This document shows, piece after piece, positions 11,978 through 24,252 of a DNA stretch of 64,000 nt. Made by a program: the position numbers and the translations under genes. The notes under the pieces were generated by a model, which ran no database searches, had not been told where the DNA came from, and saw nothing but the letters and a program-made list of their open reading frames with translations. Numbering within the stretch: position 1 is the stretch's first letter; each line of letters opens with the position of its first letter. This DNA comes from the human T2T-CHM13v2.0 reference genome, Homo sapiens: the NCBI RefSeq assembly GCF_009914755.1, contig NC_060927.1; one strand, 5' to 3'.

Positions 11978-14239
11978 TGTAGTAGTCTGTTTTCATGCTG
12001 CTGATAAAGACATACCTGAGACTGGAAATAAAAAGAGGTTTAACAGATTTACAGTTCCACATGGCTGGGGAAGCTTCACAGTCATGGCAGAAGGCAAGGA
12101 TGGGCAAGTCACATCTTACATGGATGGCGGCAGGCAGAGAGAGCTTATGCAGGGAAACTCCCCCTTATAAAACTATCAGATCTTGTGAGACTTATTTACT
12201 ATCATGAGAACAGCACAGAAAACACCTGCCTCCATGATGCAATTACCTCCCACCAGGTCCCTCCCACAACACATGGGAATTAAAGATGATATTTGGGTGG
12301 GGACCCAGCAAAACCATATCATTCTGTCCCTGGCCCCTCCCAAATCTCATGTCCTTACATTTCAAAATCAATCATGCCTTTCCAACAGTCCCCCAAAGCC
12401 TTAACTCATTTCAGCATTAACTCAAAAGTCCAAAGTCCAAAGTCTCATCTGAGACAAGGCAAGTCCTTTCTGCCTATGAGCCTGTAAAATCAAAAGCAAG
12501 TTAGTTACTTCCTGGAAACAATGGGGGTACAGGCATTGGGTAAATACAGCTGTTTCAAATGGTAGAAATTGGCTAAAACAAAGGGGCTACACGCCCCATG
12601 CAAGTCCAAAATCCAGCAGGACAGTCAAATATTAAAGCTCCAAAATGATCTCCTTTGACTCTATCTCTCATATCCAGGTCACGCTGATGCAAGAGGTGGG
12701 TTCCCATAGACTTGGGCAGCTCTGCCCCTGTCCTGTGGCTTTGCAGGGTATAGCTCCCTTCCTGGCTTCTTTCATGGGCTGGCATTGAGTGTCTGAAGCC
12801 TTTCTAGGTGTACGGTGCAAGCTGTTGGTGGATCTACCATTCTGGGGGTCTGAAAGATGGTGGCCCTCTTCTCACAGCTTCAGTAGGTGGTGCCCCAGTA
12901 AGGACTCTGTATGGGGATCTGACTTCACCTTTCTCTTCCACACTGCCCTAGCAGAGGTTGTCCTGTAGGGCCCCACACCTGGAGCAAACTTCTGCCTGGG
13001 AATCTAGGTGTTTCCATACATCCTCTGAAATCTAGGTGGAGGTTCCCAAACCTCACTTCTTGACTTCAGTGCACCCTCAGGCTCAACACCACGTGGAAGC
13101 TTCCAAGGCTTGGGGCTTGCTTACACCCTCTGAAGCAACAGCCCAAGCTGTATGTTAGCCCCTTTTAGCCATGGCTGGAGCAGCTGGGACACAGTACACT
13201 AAGTCCCTAAATTGCACAGAGCAGGGGTGTCCTGGCCCTGGCCCAGGAAACCATTTTTTCCTCCTACACCTCTGGGCCTGTGATGGGAGGGGCTGCCACG
13301 GAGACCTCTGGCATGCTCTGGAGATATTTTCCCCATTGTCTCAGGGATTAACATTCATTTCCTCTTATTCAAATTTCTGCAGCTGGGTTGAATTTATCCT
13401 CAGAAAATGGGATTTTATTTTCTATGACATTGTCAGGCTGCGAAGTTTCTGAACTTTTATGCCCTGCTTCCCTTTTAAAACTGAATGCCTTTAACAGCAC
13501 CTAAGTCACCTCTTGAATGCTTTGCTAGTTAGAAATTTCTTCTAACAGATACCCTAAATCATCTCTCTCAAGTTTAAAGTTTCACAAATCTCTAGGGAAG
13601 GGGCAAAATGCCACCAGTCTCTGTGCTAAAACATAACAAGAGTCACCTTTGCTCCAGTTCCCAACAAGTTCCGCATCTCCACTTGAGACCACCTCAGCCT
13701 GGATTTTATTGTTCATATCACTATCAGCATTTTAATCAAAGCCATTAAACAAGTCTCTAGGAGTTCCAAACTTTCCCACATTTTCCTGTCTTCTTCTGAG
13801 ACCTCCAAACTGTTCCAACCTCTGCCTGTTACCCAGTTCCAAAGTTGTTGCCACATTTTTGGATACTTTTTCAGCAATGGTACCAATTTAGTCTATTAGT
13901 CTGTTTTCACACTGCTGATAAAGACATATCCAAGACTGGGAAGAAAGAGACTTAATGGACTTATAGTTCCACATGGCTGGTAAAGCCTCACAATCATGGC
14001 AGAAGGCAAGGAGGAACAAGTCACATCTTACATGGATGGCAGCAGGCAGAGAGAGAGAGAGCTTGTGCAGGGAAACTCCCCTTATAAAAACCATCAGATC
14101 TCATGAGACGTATTTACTATCACAAGAACAGCATAGGAAAGACCTGTCCCCATGATTCAAGTAACTCCCACTAGGTCCCTCCCACAACACATGGGAATTC
14201 AAGATGAGATTTGGGTGGGGACACAGCCAAACCATACCA
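11978..14239 (-). mobile_element. Full-length THE1 (THE1A/B-like MaLR): LTR 11978-12321, internal ~1.57 kb, LTR 13892-14239
   Basis: Two ~345-bp THE1 LTRs (gtctgttttca...gctgataaagacata...aaaccatatca) flank THE1-int; 5-bp flanks ccaca/ccaaa. Confidence 0.93.
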
Positions 14240-14656
14240 CCAAACTTTAAACTAGTTGGCTTAGGATTGGGCTTTGGGGAAGGGAACCCAGAAGCCTGAC
14301 ATGCCAGCAAAAGGGTAAAAGTGTTTTTTACCAGTTGGATTTTTGTCTCCCTCTCCATGTCCAAACTAGTAAAAGACTTTGGGATTTTTGAGCTATCCTT
14401 ACGCCCACCTTGTTTTGTTTTAACACATGTTTTCTAATAATCTGGTTTGTCTCTTTTGCCTTCAGGCCACCAAACTCCAAATGTTCATGCAACCAGAGCC
14501 TTAGACAATGGCCCCTTTTGCCAGGGAACCTTAGATGAACCTCAGAGAGAACCCTGACTGCTGTTTTCCCAAAACAGCACTCCCTATCAGCAGGAAGCTG
14601 TTAAGATCAGTCTTCCTCCTCATCCTTATTCTAATGGCAGTTAGATGTACTTCTTT

Positions 14657-14667
14657 AGAGGGGGGAA
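14657..14667 (+). other. Polypurine tract of provirus
   Basis: AGAGGGGGGAA directly before the TG of the 3' LTR. Confidence 0.85.
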
Positions 14668-15101
14668 TGATAGATGCAGGAGGCAGATTGGGGGGGGTCC
14701 CCAGAAGATCTCCAACCCACCCCACAAGTGCTTACATCAGATGATTTTGTGCAGATGAGGGAACTTGCCCAGGGTCTTGTCTGCACATGCCTGCAATGGA
14801 CTGGGACCTGCCTGTGCACCAGGAAAATGTGGTAGAGCCATGGGAAGTTCACACCTTGTACAGTGCAGGAGGAGCCTGGCCTCTTAAGCTCCTGTGTGGT
14901 GGCTTGGAATTCAATCTGTGAGGTGGTAGCCTGTTAGCAAGACCCCCTCTCACTTTTCTGAGAGTGCTTTTTCTCTTTTTTCCTTTTTGTCCAATGAATT
15001 CCACTCTCCTCACTCTCCAGTGTTTCCATGTGCCTATTTTTTCCTGGATGTGGTACAAGAACCCGGATTTAACTGAACTAAGGAGCAAAAATTCTGCATT
15101 G
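14668..15101 (+). mobile_element. 3' LTR (MER61C/E-like)
   Basis: Colinear copy of 6705-7146, roughly 10-15% diverged by eye. Confidence 0.92.
14761..14792 (+). promoter_or_regulatory. p53 response-element array in 3' LTR
   Basis: GAACTTGCCC-ag-GGTCTTGTCT-GCACATGCCT; three half-sites with intact CWWG cores. Confidence 0.7.
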
Positions 15102-15134
15102 GTACTAAGCTGAGAAAAATAATTCAGTGTAGAG

Positions 15135-15295
15135 AGACTTGCTACTCATAGTACCCAGACCAAAATATGGATATTACCTGGGAGTTTGTTAGAAATGCAC
15201 AATCTTAGCTGCATCAGACTCACTGAATATGAACTTGTATTGAACAAAATCCACTGGTGATTTACACACACATTAGTGTTTTTGAAGCACCAGTG
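15135..15295. mobile_element. MER5-like hAT DNA transposon fossil
   Basis: acctgggagtttgttagaaatgca...aacaaaatccactggtgatt...tttgaagcac. Confidence 0.7.
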
Positions 15296-15429
15296 TAGAA
15301 TGGTCTCCAAACTTTAAAAATCCCACATCTCTATCCATTAAAAGAGTAACATCCTTCACAATGTATGCATAATTTATAAATTATATATGTACTACTTTAA
15401 CATGGTGTATATTTTATAAAGAAAGCATT

Positions 15430-15730
15430 GGCTGGGTGCTTTGGCTCATGCCTATAATCCCAGCACTTTGGGAGGCTGAGGCGGGCAGATCACTTGAGGT
15501 CAGGAGTTTGAGATCAGCTTGGCCAACATGGTGAAACCCTGTCTCTACTAAAAATACAAAAATAATTAGCTGGCCTGGTGATGGGCACCTGCAATCTCAG
15601 CTACTCAGGAGGCTGAGGCAGGAGAACTGCTTGAACCCATGAGGTGGAGGTTACAGAGAGCTGGGATCGCACCATTGCACTCTAGCCTGGGGGACAGGGC
15701 AAGACTCTGTCTCAAAACAAACAAACAAAA
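15430..15730 (+). mobile_element. AluS (Sx/Sz-like)
   Basis: Full dimer, (CAAA)n tail, TSD AAAGAAAGCATT. Confidence 0.95.
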
Positions 15731-16199
15731 GAAAGCATTAAAATATAAAACAAGTTAAAATATAGACATTCTAGTAATTTCTTGCCATGCATCAGTGGAT
15801 CATCTTAAGCACATCCATGACCACGAGGCTAGTGCACTGAGCCAAAGACATGAAACCCTGGGCTTCATTCCTGGCTCTGCCACCTCCTAGCTTTAGTTTC
15901 CACAAAGACTCTGGGTTGCAGAAAGAAGAGGTGATAGAGAAGGGGAGCTAGCAAGAAAAGAAGTCATGGCCAGGGAGAGAGAGAGGCTGATGACCATTAA
16001 TTAAGTCCCAATTAAAAAAAGGCAACCCCAGTTCAGTTATAGGAAGGTTAACAATTCAAGGGGAGTCGGCTTCCTCAGAAGTTGTGACTGGTAAATGGGC
16101 AATTCTCTAGGGAAGATATTGACTCAGTAATTACACAGGAAATAGAAAATGAGTGAGAACTGGAAGCAGGTTCCTCATGGGAAGAAGGAAAAAATTGAA

Positions 16200-16330
16200 A
16201 GTTCGGAGATAGGGAGATCTGGGTTCAAGTGATTGCTGTACTTCTTATAATCTGTGTAACTTTGGCAAGTTACTTAAATAAACTCTTAGAATCTCCATTT
16301 CCTGTCAGGGTTAATAAGAGGTGCCTTGGA
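16200..16330 (+). mobile_element. MIR fragment
   Basis: gatctgggttcaag...ctgtgtaactttggcaagttacttaa. Confidence 0.6.
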
Positions 16331-16432
16331 CTATGGAGAAGTTTCAACAACTTAAAGCCATCCCAAATGAACCCACCGTGGTTTGAGTTCAAAAGAATGG
16401 GCAAACCATTCCAAATAATAACAACCTGAGAA

Positions 16433-17141
16433 ACCAGTTAGAATGGCGATCATTAAAAAGTCAGGAAACAACAGGTGCTGGAGAGGATGTGGAGAAATAG
16501 GAACACTTTTACACTGTTGGTGTGACTGTAAACTAGTTCAGCCATTGTGGAAGTCAGTGTGGTGATTCCTCAGGGATCTAGAAATAGAAATACCATTTGA
16601 CACAGTCATCCCATTACTGGGTATATACCCAAAGGATTATAAATCATGCTGCTATAAAGACACATGCACATGTATGTTTATTGCAGCATTATTCACAATA
16701 GCAAAGACTTGGAACCAACCCAAATGTCCAACAATGATAGACTGGATTAAGAAAATGTGGCACATATACACCAGGGAATACTATGCAGCCATAAAAATGA
16801 TGAGTTCATGTGCTTTGTAGGGACGTGGATGAAGCTGGAAACCATCATTCTCAGCAAACTATCACAAGGAGAAAAAACCAAATACCGCATGTTCTCACTC
16901 ATAGGTGGGAAATGAACAATGAGAACACATGGACACAGGAAGGGGAACATCACACACCGGGGACTGTTGTGGGGTCGGGGGACGGGGGAGGGATAGCATT
17001 AGGAGATATACCTAATGCTAAATGACGAGTTAATGGGTGCAGCACACCAACATGGCACACGTATACATATGTAACAAACCTGCACGTTGTGCACATGTAC
17101 CCTAAAACTTAAAGTATAATAATAATAAAATTTAAAAAAAA
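16433..17141 (+). mobile_element. 5'-truncated L1PA (L1PA3/4-like): ORF2 end plus 3' UTR
   Basis: ccagttagaatggcgatcattaaaaagtcaggaaacaacagg through G-rich 3' UTR to aaacttaaagtataat and A-tail. Confidence 0.95.
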
Positions 17142-17899
17142 TCTCAAGTTGTTTTTTTTTTTAAATAAATTCACAGGGTCAGTTGCCAAGAAAGCAGAAT
17201 ATAAAGGTAGCACCTCCCTAGCTGGGATTGGTGCTTTTGAGTTGCAAGGTGCTCAAAACCCATTCTCATGACATCTTGGTTTCCCCAGCCATCAGCTAAT
17301 GATCATGAACTCAAGTGCTGAGTGGTGGCTTCATGATCAAGAAGATGCTTTGCACTCCTGCTTCCGCATCCCCTTAGAAACGGGTATAGTGGAATAGATA
17401 AGTATGCCAGCTCTGGAGCTAGACAGATGTAGGCTTGACTGAATACATCTCAGCACCTGAGAATAAAATGCATTTTTTTCAGAGTTATAAATGAATTTGG
17501 CAGGTGGTTGGCTGACCAGAGGGCTAGTTTCTCCAGATGCTACTTTCCTGAGGTGGGAGAGCAGTTCCTGGTTGCCGAGACCTTAGGACAGGAGGAGAAC
17601 GAGGCAGATTGCTTAAGGGGAGGGAGGAAGTGAAGGGTTGGGCTTAGATTTGAGAAATTTCAAACCCACAAGACCACCAAAATGCTTGAGGCATCAAGTG
17701 GCTCCTTGTGTTCTTTAGTCCCCTGTCAGGAGACCATTTTCCAAATCCCCCAGTTAACAGGGTAAAAGTGAATGCCCTACTGCCCAGCAGCTCTCCATTA
17801 CCTGTGACAGAAGCCTTCAACCTACTGGGTGCTTATCACATTCTCTTGGGTAGAGGCTGACAATGACAGCATGTCACTTTAATTTTCCATGAAGCAAGA

Positions 17900-18260
17900 T
17901 AGATTAGTGGTTTTCACTAGATTCTGGTTTCAGAAAGACATACATTTCAGTTGTGAATGCACAACTAAACTGGCTGTGTAATGTTGGTCAAAATAACCTG
18001 TCTGATCTTCAGTTTTTATTCTGCATAATGGAGAGCAATATAATAATAGTTAACCTTCATGGATGGGTTTCTATGTGCCAGACACAGTGTTATTTGCTGT
18101 ATGTGAATTGTCTCCTTTTATGCTTCTGGCAAGTCTGGGTTCTGTACTATTATATCCTCATTTTTTACAGATTGGGAGACTACCTTAGATAAATTTTAAA
18201 ACTTACTCAAGTTTACATCTACAAAGTGATGGAGTTGCGGTTCTGTGTCAGACACTAAAG
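17900..18260. mobile_element. MIR fragments (both orientations)
   Basis: cagtttttattctgcataatggag; ctatgtgccagacacagtg...cattttttacagattgggagac. Confidence 0.55.
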
Positions 18261-19999
18261 CCTCATTAATAAGATGATAGCCCAAAGGACTTAGCACCTG
18301 CCTGGTGGAGAGTTAGTGCTACTGTAATGGTAGCCTCAATTTCCTCTTTAGTTATGAGGAGGAGAATGGTGAAGGCAAAGGACTTTGTAAACAATAAAGC
18401 ACTAAGCCCAGGGGAAGGATTCCTTAATGCATACTGCACCTGTCCCTTGACCCTTAAGAACAGGGAGAGAGAAGTCAGTCGAGGGAAGCCAGCCAGCAAA
18501 AAGGTGGATGCTAATCTAGGCCTTGAAAGAGAAACAGAATTGGGTTTGTCAGAGCCATGTTTATTAAGTATACATGCACATAAGCTTCAGGATTTATGCA
18601 AATTGTTGAATAATTTCATTATTTGCATAGAAGCTCTATGTTTCTTTACCATACTAAAGGTAAATTGCCAACAAGGTTCTGTTAGCATGAAGAGAATATT
18701 TTTCTATTAATGCCTAGTTTGAGTAAATCAGAGAATTGGAGTTGTTGATGTTCCTTGAATATGATAGAAAGTCTCTATGTGTAGACGGCAAATATCAATG
18801 CCTTTTGAGGGAAGCATGATTATTAAGCTTTACTATAATTCAATTTCCACTTCAAAACAGAGGAAAGAAAAAAATATTTTGTTTTATAGAAGTGAAAAAA
18901 TATTTTAAGACTAATTTGCTGTATTAATTAATCATTAATTCTTTTATTTATTCGAAAGGCATTTACTGATTAATTCTTTTATTTTTTCAAAAGGCATTAC
19001 CTGAAATGTGTCAGGCCCTGCGGTAGCCTAGTAATAAATGGGTTTCTATTTTTTTAAAATTCTGCAGAAATTCCAACAAGAAGCATTATAAGAAACAAAG
19101 ATATCAGGACTGTTAAAGCCTTAATCTGCCACAAAATAGGCTTAATGAGCTATTTCCAAGTTTGGTCTGAAGATTACAAATCAAATGCAATGCATTAGTT
19201 TGCTGGGTGAAATGCCTCCTCTGTGAAAACTTTAGGAGGTCACACTTCTCCACACTCCTCACAGTCAATGTGTGTGTGAGTGTCACGTGTGTTTGCTGCT
19301 GTTGTGTCTTATCAAGCACCACTCGCACATAGGATTCTAATATTTAAACAGCTGCTTTGAAGCAGCAAAGTTTTCTGACTTAAACTTCTAGAGTAGAAGA
19401 CCTTTCCCCCTGGAGGACTTTCTCCATTTCCAACTTGATTTCCATTCATGCAGGGCAAATTCACTTTCCTCTGTCAGCTAACAGCTTAAGATACTTTTAG
19501 CAGATCTAGGATGTCGAAGTAACATAACTACTTTTCTCAAGTTACTTTACCAGTAGAGGCCATGGTTCTCCAGACATTTGCTTGTAAGGTTATTATTATT
19601 ATTATTATTATTTTAGCAATCCTATGTCATCTTCTGTTATGTGAAGCTAGTTGTCCCTAAAAAAACGTTCTGAGTTGAATTCAGACGCATGTGCTATTTT
19701 TATATCTGAAAGCATATGCTTCAGAATATATTAAAACCAAGATTAAGTAAGTTGTTAGTAGCTGAACAATATGTACAATATATAAACTATAATGACATTT
19801 TGGTGGGAAAAAAAGAGAACAAAATAATAAAACATAAAGCCTCAGAAAGCAATACTATATATTTTCTTCTATGGGTGCCCATATCCACAGCACAAGTATG
19901 TAAGGTTACACACCAAACTGGTTATAGTTTTATCTTGAGGGTGAGAAAGTTCAAAGAGGGCATTTAAATTGAGATGAGAGTCTACCAGGGTTAGTTTGA

Positions 20000-20460
20000 G
20001 AAGTCTATGACATAAAGTTAAATTCACAGTGACTTTTTTTCTTCTAAAAGGGAAGTCCAGAGGTACATGGTACAAGTATGAAGATTCCATGAAGATAGGA
20101 AGACAGGCTCTTTCCAGCATTGTTTTCTGTCATTTCTAACATATGACCCTCATTCTCATGGCCCAATATGAGTGCTAGAGTGCCAGTCAGCACTTATGAG
20201 TTCTAAGGAGTAGGGTGGAGAAATAAAAAATAAAAATAAAAAAGGAACACAGCACATGTGCCAGCTATCCTTTAAGGCAATTTCCGAGATGCTGTCAAAT
20301 AACATTCTTATCTACATTTTATTGTTCTAATTTATTCAGATGGTGAATTCTACCTGCAAAGAAGTCTGAGAAACATTGTCATTATTTTACCTGGCCATGT
20401 CTCTAGTTTATTACTAAGTCAGAAAGGGAAGATGAATACTGGGATAGGCATCTGAGGTCT
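20000..20460 (-). mobile_element. Ancient MLT1-type MaLR LTR remnant
   Basis: ggaagtccagagg...ctcatggcccaatatg...ctacctgcaaagaagtctgagaaa. Confidence 0.5.
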
Positions 20461-20630
20461 CTTGCCATAGTCATCAAAGGACTTTTGCCTCACCAGTAGT
20501 GTTTTGCTGTTTTACAAGGGGAATAAATTTATATATTATTTGTGTAACTGAAAAATCATTTTAAAATAAAAAAGGGAGTAATTACCTTGTTTTTAAGATT
20601 CACTAATCTGAAAGTGTTTATAATACTTTC

Positions 20631-22677
20631 TTTTATTTTCCATAAGTTATTGGTGTATAGATGGTATGTGGTTACATGAGTAAGTTCTTTATTGGTTATT
20701 TGTGAGATTTTGGTGCACCCATCACCCAAACAGTATACACTGCACCCTATTTGTAGTCGTTTATCCATTAGACCCTTCCACTCCTCCCCAAAGTGCCCAA
20801 AGTCCATGGTATCATTCTTATGCATTTGCGTCCACATGGTTTAGCTCCCACATATCAGTGAGAAAATACAATGTCTGGTTTTCTACTCCTGAGTTACTTC
20901 ACTTAGAATAACAGTCTCCAATCTCATCCGGGTCGCTGCAAATGCTGTTAATTCATTCCTTTTTATGGCTGCATAGTATTATTTCATTTATATATATATG
21001 TCTGTCTCTCTCTCTATATATATCTCATATATATATCTCTCATAGATATATATCTTATATATATATATCTCATATATATGATATATATGAGATATATATA
21101 TCATATATATCTCATATATATATATGAGATATATATATATCATATATATATCTCATATATATATCTCAGTTTCTCTATCCACTCGTTGATTGATGGGCAT
21201 TTGGGTTGGTTCCACGATTTTGCTATCGTGAATTGTGCTGCTATAAACATGCATGTGCAAGTACATTTTTTGAATAATGACTTCTTTTCTTCTGGGCAGA
21301 TAGCCTAAAGTGGGATTGCTGGATCAAATGGTAGTTCTCTTTTTAGTTCTTTAAGGAATCTCCACACTGTTTTCCATAGTGGCTGTTCTAGTTTACATTC
21401 CCACCAGCAGTGTAGAAGTGTTCCCTTTTCACCACACCCACGCCGACATCTACCGTTTCGTTTTTATTTTTTGATTATGGCCATACTTGCAGGAGTAAAG
21501 TGGTATTGCATTGTGGTTTTGATTTGCATTTCCCTGATCATTAGTGATATTGCATTTTTTTCATATGTTTGTTGGCCATTTGTATCTCTTCTTTTGAGAA
21601 TTGTCTATTCATGTCCTCAGCCCACTGTTTTGATGGGATTCTTTTTTTCTTACTGATTTGTTTGAGTTCTTATTAGATTCTGGATATTAGTCCTTTGTCA
21701 GATGTACAGATTGTGAAGACTCTCTCCCACTCTGTGGGTTGTCTGTTTACTCTGCTGACGGTTCCTTTTGCCATGCAACAACTCCTTAGTTTAATTAGGT
21801 CCCAGCTATCCATCTTTGTTTTTATTGCATTTGCTTTTTGGTCATGAAATCCTTGCCTAAGCCAATTTCTAGAAGGATTTTTCCAATGTTATCTTCTAGA
21901 ATTTTTATTGTTTCAGGTTTTAGGTTTAAGTTCCTAATCCATCTTGAGTTGATTTTTGTATAAGGTGAGAGATAAGGATCCAGTTTCATTCTCCCACGTG
22001 TCTAGCCAATTATCCCAGCACCGTTTGTTGAAAATGGTGTCCTTTCTCCACTTTTATGTTTTTGTTTGCTTTGTCGAAGATGAGTTGGCTGTAAGTATTT
22101 AGGTTTATTTCTGGGTTCTCCATTCTATTTCACTGGTCTGTGTGCCTATTTTTATACCAGTACCACGCTGTTTTGGTGACTATGGCCTTATAGCACAGTT
22201 TAAAATCAGGTAGTGTGATGGCTCCAAATTTGTTCTTTTTGCTTTGTCTTGCTTTAGCTATGTAGGCTCTTTTTTGGTTCCATATGAATTTTAGAATTGT
22301 TTTTTCTAATTCTGTGAAGAATTATGGTGGCATTTTAATGGGGATTGCATTGTATTTGTAGATTGCTTTTGACAGTATGGTTATTTTCAATATTGATTCT
22401 ACCCATCCATGAGCATGGGATGTGTTTCCATTTGTTTGTGTCATCTATGATTTCTTTCAGCAGAGTTTTGTAGTTTTCCTTATAGATGTCTTTCACCTCC
22501 TTGGTTAGGTATATTCCTAAGTATTTTATTTTAATTTTTTGCAGCTATTGTAAAAGGGGTTGAGTTATTGATTTGATTCTTGGCTTGGTTGCTGTTGGTG
22601 TATAGAAGAGCTACTGATTTGTGTACATTAATCTTGTATCTGGAAACTTTGCTGAATTCTTTTATCAGTTCTAGGAG
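20631..22677 (-). mobile_element. 5'-truncated L1PB (L1PB1-like)
   Basis: ggttacatgagtaagttcttt...gagattttggtgcacccatcaccc 3' end; exact flanking repeat ctgaaagtgtttataatactttc at 20608-20630 and 22678-22700. Confidence 0.93.
20988..21167. repeat. Complex (TA)n/(TC)n microsatellite expansion inside L1PB
   Basis: ~180 bp of tatatatatctcatatata / gagatatatata units interrupting L1 sequence. Confidence 0.92.
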
Positions 22678-22904
22678 CTGAAAGTGTTTATAATACTTTC
22701 AAATTGCATCTAATTGATATCCAGGCTGTAAGTTTTGTGCAAGAAGAGAACCCAGAGTATACCTCCTGAGCCCATTGTGGTTAGGTGAGGTGACAGCCAC
22801 AGAGACTTAAGTGGGGATTTACTCTGAGACTCAGAGTTATAAACCCCTAAACTGTACCCTGCTGTGACAATCTGAGCAAATTCTACTCTTCTCTGCCTTG
22901 TACT

Positions 22905-24251
<1,347 letters not shown>

Positions 24252-24252
24252 G

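Larger units (their letters stand above)
6705..15101 (+). mobile_element. Two-LTR ERV1 provirus, MER61-type LTRs with non-coding MER4-group-like internal region
   Basis: Direct ~440-bp LTRs at both ends, PBS after the 5' LTR, PPT before the 3' LTR, 4-bp flanks gcac/gtac consistent with a decayed TSD; no long gag/pol ORF. Confidence 0.92.

Noticed and set aside
18327-18710. 127-aa ORF in non-repeat DNA
   Set aside because: No recognisable domain, splice context or codon signal; length compatible with chance
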